This document shows, piece after piece, positions 1 through 8,358 of a stretch of 64,000 nucleotides of DNA (positions are counted from its first letter, which is position 1; each line of letters starts with the position of its first letter). The stretch comes from an uncultured Gemmatimonadaceae bacterium (GTDB taxonomy: Bacteria > Gemmatimonadota > Gemmatimonadetes > Gemmatimonadales > GWC2-71-9). The stretch spans positions 3,104 to 67,103 of the forward strand of contig CAYUYF010000016.1 in NCBI GenBank assembly GCA_964449145.1. Reading direction: 5' to 3'. The notes beneath the pieces were generated by a model. It did not search any database, had not been told where the DNA came from, and saw nothing but the letters and a program-made list of their open reading frames with translations. The position numbers and the translations under genes are program-made.

Positions 1-128
1 TCGAGGTCCTGGTCCGCATCGAATTGCAGTTCGCTCTGGGGATGGCGGCCGATGCTGATGTATGCCTGGCCGAAGATGCAGGTCTGGCCGGCACGAGGAC
101 CGGACAGGAACGTGAACTGCGCCTTCAT
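1..128 (-). CDS. FHA domain-containing protein, 5' part only (runs off the left edge)
   Basis: Not in the ORF track. Manual translation from ATG at 128: MKAQFTFLSGPRAGQTCIFGQAYISIGRHPQSELQFDADQDLD. Has the FHA 'IGR' motif and directly follows the PP2C gene. Confidence 0.75.
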   Translation of the reverse strand, partial: MKAQFTFLSGPRAGQTCIFGQAYISIGRHPQSELQFDADQDL

Positions 129-150
129 GGCGCGATGCCCGGGGGCGGGT

Positions 151-1170
151 TCAACGGTTTCCCAGCAGGAAGAAGAGCGCCACCGCCAGGGCAAACAGCG
201 CCAGCGCGCCCACCAGACCCCAGCGGGTCCCCGCCTGCTGGCTGAGCGGCACCGGAGCCGGGCTCCCGGTATAGACGGGCACCGGCTCGGTGGTCGCCTC
301 TCCTTCACTCAGCGGATACACCTGGTGGCCGACACCGGCTTCGGCGTCCGGCTCCGGCAGGCCCGCCCCGCCGAAGCGCGCCGCGACGGCCGTGATATTG
401 TCGGGGCCGCCCCGCTCGTTGGCGAGGGTCACCAGCTGGCTGCACAGTTCCACCAGGTCGGGAGTGGCGTTGACCAGGTCGCCGATCTCGTCCCGCTTGA
501 CCTGGCCCGAGAGCCCGTCAGAGCAGAGCACCAGCACGTCGCCCTTGCGGAGCGCCTGCCAGGTCAGGTCTACCTTGACCCGTGGATCGGGCCCCAGGGC
601 CTGGAGGATGATGTTCCGCCGCTCACTCTGCTCGGCTTCTTCCTCGGTGAGTTCGCCCGCTTCCACCAGGCGCTGCATCAGCGACTGGTCCTTGGTGATC
701 TGGGTGGCACTGCCGCGGCGGACCAGGTACGCCCGGCTGTCTCCCACCTGGGCCAGGTAGAGGTCGGTGCCGAAGACGCCGGCGACGGTGGCGGTGGTGC
801 CCATTCCGCGGACCTCGGGATGCTCGCGGGCGTGGGTGTTGATGCGCTGGTTGGCGAGTTCCACCGCCTCCTTCATCCGGTAGGCGAATCGCTGTGCGCT
901 GACCTCGGTGTCCTGCGCCCAGGCGGTGGACATATGGGTGAAGATCGAATCCGCGGCCATCTTGCTGGCCACCTCGCCGGCGGCGGCGCCACCCATGCCG
1001 TCGGCCACCATGAAGAGCGAGCCCCGCTCCCCGACCTCGTGCTCGCGGACCTCGGGCTGCAGGCTGGCAACCTTGCGCGACAGATCCGCCACGAGGAAGG
1101 TGTCCTCGTTGTGGTCGCGCGTGCGGCCCAGGTCGGTCTTGCCGAAGACGGAGATGTGGACGGTCGCCAA
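151..1170 (-). CDS. PP2C/PPM-family Ser/Thr protein phosphatase with C-terminal TM helix (PstP/PrpC-like)
   Basis: Motifs RDHNED, VADGMGG, VGDSRAY, LCSDGL, GGPDNIT; hydrophobic C-terminus WGLVGALALFALAVALFFLLG; TTG start with GAGGT upstream. Confidence 0.93.
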   Translation of the reverse strand: MATVHISVFGKTDLGRTRDHNEDTFLVADLSRKVASLQPEVREHEVGERGSLFMVADGMGGAAAGEVASKMAADSIFTHMSTAWAQDTEVSAQRFAYRMKEAVELANQRINTHAREHPEVRGMGTTATVAGVFGTDLYLAQVGDSRAYLVRRGSATQITKDQSLMQRLVEAGELTEEEAEQSERRNIILQALGPDPRVKVDLTWQALRKGDVLVLCSDGLSGQVKRDEIGDLVNATPDLVELCSQLVTLANERGGPDNITAVAARFGGAGLPEPDAEAGVGHQVYPLSEGEATTEPVPVYTGSPAPVPLSQQAGTRWGLVGALALFALAVALFFLLGNR

Positions 1171-1176
1171 GAGACC

Positions 1177-2862
1177 TCAGGGGTTTACGAGCTGTTTCAG
1201 TCGGTCGACCAGCGCCTGTCCCGCGGTAGTCGGTCGAAGATCCTGCGAGCGCTGCGCCCAAAGCAATGCCTCGGGGTACTGCTTGTCTTCCTGCCGTGCC
1301 ACCGCCACCATGTTCGCGGCGAGCGCACGAATTGAATCTGTCACATCGCGGCGCCGGAAGACAGCTTCCGCCGCCAGTCGGGCCCGATCGCGCGTCGCGG
1401 GCTCGAAGACGTCCTCGACATCGGGCAGTGTGACGGCCGTCACGGGTGGGTCGACTGGCACCGGCGGTCTGGCCGAGTCCCGACCTCCCGTCGGCCTCGG
1501 AGGTGGGTCCGTTCCGGGGCGTCCGCCGCCGGTATCGGGCTTCACGGGCGTCCCGCCCGGCGTCGTCCCCGGATTGGTCCCGGGATTGGTGGTCGACCCG
1601 TTGGCCTGGCTGGCCTGCGTATCCGGCGGGATCACCACCATCTGGGCTGAGTCCAGGCTGGGACTTGGGAACAACGTCCCCTTGAGCGCCACCGCCCCGC
1701 CGCCGATGGCCAGCAGCACTGCGCCGGCCGCCACGGGCACTACCGGAAACCCGCGGCGGGGTTTCTCCACCGCCACCTGGGCCGTGGGGGCCGGCGGCGG
1801 GGATGGCGGCGTCCGCCGTCCCACCGCCGGGTCCACCCGCGTCGCCGGCACCATTTTCTTGAGGTCGTCGGCCTTGACCACCTGGGTCCCGGCCTCGACA
1901 TCCACCAGTCCCGTGCTGGCCTGGGCCACCGCCTTGACGTCCCGCCCGAACTCCGCCGCCGAGGCATAGCGGTCGGCCGGCATGCGGGCCAGCACCCGGT
2001 CCAGCACCCGCTGCAGTTCCGCCGGAAAGCGCACTTCGGGTCGCGCCTCGGCCAGCGGCACCGGGTCGTCGGTGAGCCGCTTGATCATCGTCTCCTGCTG
2101 GCTGTCGGCAGGGAAGGGCGTGGCTCCAGTCAGCATCCGGTAGAACACCAGGCCCAGCGAGTAGATATCGCTCCGGCCATCCACCGGGTCGCCGGAGAGC
2201 TGTTCCGGGCTCATGTACTCCGGGGTGCCCACGACGAAGCCGGTCTTGGTGACCTTCTGCTCCCCCGCGTCCCCGCCGACCGCCTTGGCGATCCCGAAGT
2301 CCACCACCTTCACGGTGTCCTTCCCACGGGCGGTGACGACCATGATGTTGTCGGGCTTGAGGTCCCGGTGCACGATGCCGAACTCGTGCGCGGCCTGCAG
2401 TGCGTCGGCCGACTGCTGGATCATGACCGCGGCCCGGGGCAGCGGGAGGGTGCCCACTTCCTCCAGGAGGTCGGTCAGGCTCTTCCCCTCGATGAATTCC
2501 ATCGCGAGGTAGATGAGCCCCTCGCTGGTCTCGCCGAAGTCGTAGATGGCGCAGACGTTGGCGTGGTTGATCCGGCTGGCGTTGGCGGCTTCCCGATTGA
2601 AACGGGAGATGGCGTCCGGATCGGACATCGAGCCCGGCGTCATGATCTTGATGGCGCACTGGCGGCCCATCTTTACATGCTCGGCCAGGTAGACCTGGCC
2701 CATGCCGCCCTCGCCCAGCTTCTTGGTGATGTGGTATCGGTCGGCGATCACCTGATTGACCAGATCGGTGGAGGCCCCCGAATTCCGGAGTGGGGTGCCG
2801 TCCCGCTGGCAGAACAGCTGGTCGTCGCCGTACTCGGCGCTGCAGGTGGTACAGACCTTCAT
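1177..2862 (-). CDS. Hanks-type Ser/Thr protein kinase (N-terminal Zn-ribbon-like motif, TM, Pro/Gly/Thr-rich external tail)
   Basis: LGEGGMGQVY, AIK, HRDLKPDN, DFG, GTPEYMSPE; N-terminal CTTC...FCQRDG; TM VVPVAAGAVLLAIGGGAVAL. Confidence 0.95.
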   Translation of the reverse strand: MKVCTTCSAEYGDDQLFCQRDGTPLRNSGASTDLVNQVIADRYHITKKLGEGGMGQVYLAEHVKMGRQCAIKIMTPGSMSDPDAISRFNREAANASRINHANVCAIYDFGETSEGLIYLAMEFIEGKSLTDLLEEVGTLPLPRAAVMIQQSADALQAAHEFGIVHRDLKPDNIMVVTARGKDTVKVVDFGIAKAVGGDAGEQKVTKTGFVVGTPEYMSPEQLSGDPVDGRSDIYSLGLVFYRMLTGATPFPADSQQETMIKRLTDDPVPLAEARPEVRFPAELQRVLDRVLARMPADRYASAAEFGRDVKAVAQASTGLVDVEAGTQVVKADDLKKMVPATRVDPAVGRRTPPSPPPAPTAQVAVEKPRRGFPVVPVAAGAVLLAIGGGAVALKGTLFPSPSLDSAQMVVIPPDTQASQANGSTTNPGTNPGTTPGGTPVKPDTGGGRPGTDPPPRPTGGRDSARPPVPVDPPVTAVTLPDVEDVFEPATRDRARLAAEAVFRRRDVTDSIRALAANMVAVARQEDKQYPEALLWAQRSQDLRPTTAGQALVDRLKQLVNP

Positions 2863-3776
2863 CCGATCTCCACCCGGATCATCTGATCTCCCACCAGCAA
2901 CCGCCCGTTCGGCCCCACCCGCCGCTCGCCCCGGACGGCCACTGCCACACCATTGCGGCTACCCGCGTCCAACAGCACGAAGTCGGCGTCCTCGCTGCGG
3001 ATCAGCGCGTGCAGGGCGCTCATCGAGGAGTCGAAGGGGAACTGCCAGTCCCCCTGCTCGCGGCCGATGCGGACGCTCCGTCCGGGTGAGAGATGCATGA
3101 TGTCGCGCGGGCTCCCGTCGGCGCGGATCTGGGCAATGTTGGCAATGTCCGCCGCGGGGGTGAGGCTGCCGAGCCGCCGGGTCTGGTCCTGCTCCGGCGG
3201 GCGCGGGCCGGGATAGCCCAGGCGCCGATACCGGAAGATCTGGCTGCCGCAGAGGATCTGGTCGCCGTCGGTGAGCCGGTGGGCTTCTTCCAGGTAGAGC
3301 CAGGTGCCGTTCTTGCTGCCCAGGTCTCGCACCGTCAGGATGCCGTCCACGAACAGGAACTGGGCGTGCATGGGGGAGAGGTACTCGTCGTCGGCGAAGT
3401 TGATGTCCGCACCAGCCCGCCCGACGGTGGTCACCGCACTGTGAATGGGAAAGCGGTGCGCCACCTCTCCCGTGCGGTCCAGCAGCGCCAGGTGCGCCTG
3501 TCCAGGCGGCGGCGCGGGCTTGGAGGTGCCGGGAACCAGCGGCTGTGGGCCGGTGTCCCCGAAGGTGTGGCCGCACGCCGGACAGAACTTGAAGCCTTGG
3601 TCGTTCATCCGGCCGCAACGGCTGCACGCATGGGCCGCGCGCGCCTGAGAGAGGCGGGCGCCACACCGGCCGCAGAAGGGCAGGTCGGCGCCCACCGGCG
3701 TGTTGCAGGAGGGACAGCGAACCGAACTGCCGGCCTCCGCGACTTCGAGCCGAGGGTCAGGTGCTGGAGTAGCCAT
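2859..3776 (-). CDS. Double zinc-ribbon plus tandem FHA domain protein
   Basis: CPSC..CGRC and CSRC..CPAC ribbons; FHA motifs VGR..YLSPMHA..GSKNGT and IGR..SMSALHA..GSRNG; ATGA-type overlap with the kinase; GAGGT RBS. Confidence 0.88.
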   Translation of the reverse strand: MATPAPDPRLEVAEAGSSVRCPSCNTPVGADLPFCGRCGARLSQARAAHACSRCGRMNDQGFKFCPACGHTFGDTGPQPLVPGTSKPAPPPGQAHLALLDRTGEVAHRFPIHSAVTTVGRAGADINFADDEYLSPMHAQFLFVDGILTVRDLGSKNGTWLYLEEAHRLTDGDQILCGSQIFRYRRLGYPGPRPPEQDQTRRLGSLTPAADIANIAQIRADGSPRDIMHLSPGRSVRIGREQGDWQFPFDSSMSALHALIRSEDADFVLLDAGSRNGVAVAVRGERRVGPNGRLLVGDQMIRVEIG

Positions 3777-3964
3777 TACACCTCATGGGGCTGGGACGCC
3801 GTCTGGCCGCTACCCAGCACGCGCCGAATGCTGGACGATACGGTGATCCTCGGGTGTGCTGGAATCGGGAAGCACGAAGACGTGTACTCCAATCTAGGAA
3901 TCGGGGGTGAGAGCGTCAACGGATGATTTGGCGTAAGTATTGGTGCCCGTGTACCTTGCAGCCC

Positions 3965-5986
3965 ATGTCCGACCCCGGCCACTGGCTTTTCTCGGCCCTC
4001 CTGCTCCTGGCGGCGGCCTGCGCAGCCGGTCCGGGACCCACCACCGCCGCAAGAACTCCACCCGTTGAGGGACCCGCCAGCGGGCCGCCGAGCCCGGTGA
4101 TCGGTCTGGCAGCCGATAGCGGCCTCCCCCCGGTTGACACCATATCGGGGCCGATCCGGCTGCGGGTGGTCTACCCCTTGGCCACGGACCGAATAGACGT
4201 CCGCGATTCTACCTTCATCTTCGGTTCTACCGGAACCGGTGAAGCCACGCTGGCTGTCAATGGGCGGCCGGTTGCCGTGGCCCCCAACGGCGCCTGGTTG
4301 GCCTGGGTGGGGGTCCCGGAGGATTCGGTGATCGACTTTGCGGTCACCGCGCATACCGCCACCGACTCCGCCACGCTCGTCCACAGCGTGGCGCGGGCCC
4401 GGCGGTTCAAGGTGCCTGGGGCACCGGTGTGGATCGACTCACTCTCTTTCTCCCCTGCAAGCCAGGCCTGGTGGCCGGCCGGGGAGTATCTCCCGCTCAG
4501 CATCCGGGCCAGCGAAGGAGCCACGGTTCGGCTGCTCCTGCCCGACGGGACCGTGGTCCCGCTGAGTCCGGCCGTCCCGCCCGACGACGTCCCATGGGGG
4601 ATCCGGGCCTTTGACCGCGACACCGCGAATCTCCTGGTCTCCAACCGTGCCGGGCGGTACACCGGTGTGATCCGCGGGGTGCCCCTGGGCGAGCAGCGCA
4701 CGCCACTCCTCGGGCCGGTCCCGCCGGAGGCTCCCCTCCCAGTGGCAGCGCCGAGGCGCCGAGGCCCCCAGGTGCCGACCGTCCTCGCCATTCTGGGCCA
4801 CGATACCGCCCGCGCCAGTTGGCCGCTGAACCTGCGGCTGCTGGATTCGATCCCACCCGTGGTCCAGTTTGATGATGACACGGCCCGCCTCGGGGATACC
4901 GACAGCCTCACCGTGGGGCGGTCGCGTCCCGGCGCGACCTACCACTGGTTCTTCCCCACCGGCACCCGCGCCGTTGCCACCGGTCGTCTGGGCGATGATC
5001 TCCGGATTCGGCTCTCCCGGGGTCAGGAGGCCTGGGTCTCCGCGGCCGACGCCCAGTTGCTGCCGCCGGGCACCTCCGCGTTCCGGTCCACGGTGGGTTC
5101 CATCACCATGACCCCGCTGCCTGACCGCCTCCAGCTCCGCATTCCGCTGGGTGGCCGGGTACCGTTTCGCATGGAGGAGGAGCCGTCTCGACTCACCATC
5201 CGGCTGTACAACGCCGTCGGCGACATCAACTGGACCCGCTATGGGGCCAGCGACCGGTATCTGCGGGATGTCAGATGGTTGCAGGCCACCGACGACGAAG
5301 TGACGATCACCATCGATGTGACGGGTCCCATCTGGGGATACCGGACTCGCTGGAGCCGGACCGATCTGGTTGTGGACCTGCGACGGCCGCCGGACATTGA
5401 CGCCGACCGACCCCTGGCCGGGCGGATGGTCCTGGTGGACCCGGGCCACCCACCGCTGGGCGCGACCGGGCCAACCGGGCTCAGGGAAGCAGAGGCCAAC
5501 CTCGCCGTGGCGCTGCAGCTGCAACTGCTGCTGGAAGAGCAGGGTGCCACCGTGGTGCTCACCCGCACGACCGACGCCCCGCTGGACCTCTGGCCGCGGG
5601 TGCGGATGGCCGACAGTCTTGCCCCCGATTTGCTGGTCTCGGTTCACAACAACGCCCTGCCGGACGGAGTGAATCCGTTCACCAACAACGGCTCCAGCGT
5701 TTTCTATAACCACCCGCGGAGCCTGCCGCTGGCGCGGGCAATTCAGCGGCAGCTGGTCCGTCGGCTGGGACTTCAGGACCTGGGAGTCGGGCGCGGCGAC
5801 CTGGCGCTGGTCCGCCCCACCTGGATGCCCGCCGTGCTTACCGAAGGCCTGTTCATGATGGTCCCGGAACAGGAGGCGGCGCTTCGGACCGAAACGGGTC
5901 AGCGGCGCTACGCCATGGCCATCCGTGATGGTATTACCGATTGGCTCCGGGATGTGGCGCTGGGGCGCCGGACAGACGTCCCCTAG
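3965..5986 (+). CDS. N-acetylmuramoyl-L-alanine amidase (Amidase_3), probable lipoprotein with AMIN-like middle region
   Basis: C-terminal LVDPGH, EAEANL, SVHNNA, LTEG zinc-amidase motifs; lipobox-like LLLLAAAC; start placed at ATG 3965 rather than 3923. Confidence 0.88.
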   Translation: MSDPGHWLFSALLLLAAACAAGPGPTTAARTPPVEGPASGPPSPVIGLAADSGLPPVDTISGPIRLRVVYPLATDRIDVRDSTFIFGSTGTGEATLAVNGRPVAVAPNGAWLAWVGVPEDSVIDFAVTAHTATDSATLVHSVARARRFKVPGAPVWIDSLSFSPASQAWWPAGEYLPLSIRASEGATVRLLLPDGTVVPLSPAVPPDDVPWGIRAFDRDTANLLVSNRAGRYTGVIRGVPLGEQRTPLLGPVPPEAPLPVAAPRRRGPQVPTVLAILGHDTARASWPLNLRLLDSIPPVVQFDDDTARLGDTDSLTVGRSRPGATYHWFFPTGTRAVATGRLGDDLRIRLSRGQEAWVSAADAQLLPPGTSAFRSTVGSITMTPLPDRLQLRIPLGGRVPFRMEEEPSRLTIRLYNAVGDINWTRYGASDRYLRDVRWLQATDDEVTITIDVTGPIWGYRTRWSRTDLVVDLRRPPDIDADRPLAGRMVLVDPGHPPLGATGPTGLREAEANLAVALQLQLLLEEQGATVVLTRTTDAPLDLWPRVRMADSLAPDLLVSVHNNALPDGVNPFTNNGSSVFYNHPRSLPLARAIQRQLVRRLGLQDLGVGRGDLALVRPTWMPAVLTEGLFMMVPEQEAALRTETGQRRYAMAIRDGITDWLRDVALGRRTDVP

Positions 5987-6044
5987 CCCGAGAGCAAGCC
6001 TGGCCCGCCCGGGCCCGTTACCGTCCCATTCGATATCGAGCGCA

Positions 6045-8282
6045 ATGCCCCTGGTGTCCCATCCCTGCTTCCGCACCCTCGCCCTGCTCGGGCTCCTGGG
6101 CCTCGTCCCGGCCCCGGCGGTCCAGGCGCAGTCGCCCGGGGACCGCCTTGCCCTGCGGACCTTCCGCGATTCGCTCGCTGCCGCCAACGACAGCGTTTCC
6201 CTGCTGGGCCTCGAACAACAGCTCATCGCGGTGGCCAAGGCGGATCGTAACAACGCCATGCGACACCTGCGGCTTGGCTTCGTGGCCCAGCGACTCGGGG
6301 AGCTGGGGAGCGATCGCCGCTTCGAGGATGCCGCCGGCGAGTTCGAGTGGGCCACCGAACTCGAGCCCACCTGGCCGTGGGCCTGGTTCGGGCTGGGCCT
6401 CGCCGAGGACCGGGTCGGGGACTCCCAGGTGGCGCTGGTGTCGGGGCTGCAGGCGATGTTCGGCAAGGACCACCTCTCCCGGGCCGCCAACGCCTACGCC
6501 CGCTCCGTGCAGGCCGACTCGTCGTTTGTGCTCGGCCTCGTCGAGCTGGCCTCGACCGCTCTCCGCCAGCGGGTCAACATCAAGACCGATCTGGCCCGCG
6601 AGGCCCTCCGCCAGGCCGCCGCCACCTCCGCCGCCGCCAATCCGGAGGTGTTGCTCTACCGTGGGCGGGTGGAGCGGGAGGTGGGGGACATCGACTCGGC
6701 GCATGCCGCCTTCAGCGGCTATCTCGATCGTGGCGGGCACCGGGGACTGGGTCTGCTGGAGCTGGCCCGCACCCGCTTCCTGCGCGGCACCTTGGACGGG
6801 GCGCAGGCCTACTTCGATGGCGCCGGCATCGACGATACGCTCTCGGTCCGGGAATACCGCGCCGACCTGGCCCTGATCGCCAACGACAGCGCTCTGGCCG
6901 AGTTCGACTTCAGCGCCGGGACCAGGCGGCAGGAATTCCTGCGCCGGTTCTGGTCCCAGCGCGACCGGGGCGCGTTGCTGGCCGACGGCGAGCGGCTCCG
7001 GGAACACTACCGGCGCCTGTACTATGCCCGCGCCAACTTCCGGCTGGTCAGCCGGAACCGTCACTACGACATCGTCGAACGCTTTCGTTCCGGCAGCCGC
7101 GATTATGACGATCGCGGCATCATCTATCTCCGCCACGGGGAACCCACCCGCCGCGCCAACTACAACGCGCCGGGTATGAAGCTCAACGAGTCGTGGCAGT
7201 ACGAGCGGGCCAGTGGCGACCTGATCTTCCACTTTGTCGCCAGCGAGGACGTTCAGGATTTCAAGCTGGTGGAGAGTGTCTTCGACATCCTCGGCTTCAG
7301 TGAGGCGGTGGCGCTCCGAGGGGACCGTGACGCGGCCGCTTCCGGCTCTCGCGCCAACGAGCTGATCCTCTCCCGCGAGCGGTTCTCCCCCATCTACAGC
7401 CAGCTGCTCACCTCCGGCCGGGCCGGATCGCAAAAGTACTTCACCGACGAGCGCAGCATCGGTCGACGGAGCATTTCGGTGGGGACCCGCACCGACAGCT
7501 ACGAACTCACCTACGCCACCCGCCTCCGGCTGCAGACGGGCGTGGTGGTCGTCGGCCGGGATTCCACCGGCAGCCTTCTGCACGTCACCTATGCCATTCC
7601 CGGCTCGGCGCTCCGGGAGGTGCCGTCGCAGCGGGGGCACCTGTATCCGGTGCGACTCAGGCTCACGATCACCGATCAGACCGGCAGGCCCGTCGGCCAG
7701 GTGGACACGACCCGTCTGTTCGTGGCCCAGGAGCCGGTGCCGGCCCGGGAGCACCTGGTGGGGCGGATCGCGGTGCCGGTCATCCCGGGCCGCCTGCAGT
7801 ACCGCCTCGCGGTGGAGCAGGGCGACGAGAACGGCGTGGTCCTCGCCGCCGACACCATCAGTGCCGGGGATTTCTCCGGGGGACGCTTCGACCTCAGCGG
7901 GATCGTGCTCGGCGCCCGGGAAGCCAACCTGACCTGGCGTCCGTCGCCCGAGGATACCGTCTGGTTCAACCCGCTCGGCCGTTTCCGGCAGGCCAACGCC
8001 ATGGAGGTGTACTACGAGGTGTACGGCCTCACTGCGGGTGAGCAGGTTCACACCGAGTTGCTGATCACCAAGCAGGGTGGTGGCGGCTTCCTCGGACTCT
8101 TCGGGTCACGCAAGCCCGCCATCCGGCTGGCCTTCGATGAAGCTGCCGAAGCCCGGGTGACCCGGGTGCACCGGACGGTGTCGCTGGAGAAGCTCGACAC
8201 CGGGCGGTACTGGATCGAGGCGGTCGTCAAGGATCCGGACGGGTCCGAGCGGAAGAGCCGCACCGGCTTCGAGGTCCGCTAG
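6045..8282 (+). CDS. GWxTD-domain protein (signal peptide, TPR-like helical N-terminus, beta-rich C-terminus)
   Basis: EFLRRFWSQRD...EHYRRLYYARANF...DYDDRGIIYLRHGEP...ESWQY matches the GWxTD domain layout; signal peptide LALLGLLGLVPAPAVQAQ; start placed at ATG 6045. Confidence 0.8.
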   Translation: MPLVSHPCFRTLALLGLLGLVPAPAVQAQSPGDRLALRTFRDSLAAANDSVSLLGLEQQLIAVAKADRNNAMRHLRLGFVAQRLGELGSDRRFEDAAGEFEWATELEPTWPWAWFGLGLAEDRVGDSQVALVSGLQAMFGKDHLSRAANAYARSVQADSSFVLGLVELASTALRQRVNIKTDLAREALRQAAATSAAANPEVLLYRGRVEREVGDIDSAHAAFSGYLDRGGHRGLGLLELARTRFLRGTLDGAQAYFDGAGIDDTLSVREYRADLALIANDSALAEFDFSAGTRRQEFLRRFWSQRDRGALLADGERLREHYRRLYYARANFRLVSRNRHYDIVERFRSGSRDYDDRGIIYLRHGEPTRRANYNAPGMKLNESWQYERASGDLIFHFVASEDVQDFKLVESVFDILGFSEAVALRGDRDAAASGSRANELILSRERFSPIYSQLLTSGRAGSQKYFTDERSIGRRSISVGTRTDSYELTYATRLRLQTGVVVVGRDSTGSLLHVTYAIPGSALREVPSQRGHLYPVRLRLTITDQTGRPVGQVDTTRLFVAQEPVPAREHLVGRIAVPVIPGRLQYRLAVEQGDENGVVLAADTISAGDFSGGRFDLSGIVLGAREANLTWRPSPEDTVWFNPLGRFRQANAMEVYYEVYGLTAGEQVHTELLITKQGGGGFLGLFGSRKPAIRLAFDEAAEARVTRVHRTVSLEKLDTGRYWIEAVVKDPDGSERKSRTGFEVR

Positions 8283-8322
8283 GGCACCTCCGTCGTCCGC
8301 GCCGGGACCGCTGGATCGCGGC

Positions 8323-8352
8323 TTGACTGCCTCATGTTGAGCCACCTACTGT
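8323..8352 (+). promoter_or_regulatory. sigma70-type promoter for kinase 2 (probably leaderless mRNA)
   Basis: TTGACT(8323-8328)-N18-TACTGT(8347-8352)-N6-ATG(8359); no Shine-Dalgarno. Confidence 0.55.
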
Positions 8353-8358
8353 TCGACC

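Noticed and set aside
52-1335. Long ORFs antisense or out of frame to real genes (e.g. 52-1335+, 623-2659-, 11403-13655-, 14037-16646-, 25201-26694+, 43909-47049-, 53967-56246-)
   Set aside because: Shadow ORFs expected at ~70% GC; they have no motifs and overlap genes with clear family signatures.
1560-1600. 12-bp tandem repeat in kinase 1
   Set aside because: Encodes the TNPG/TTPG low-complexity linker; not a CRISPR or mobile repeat.
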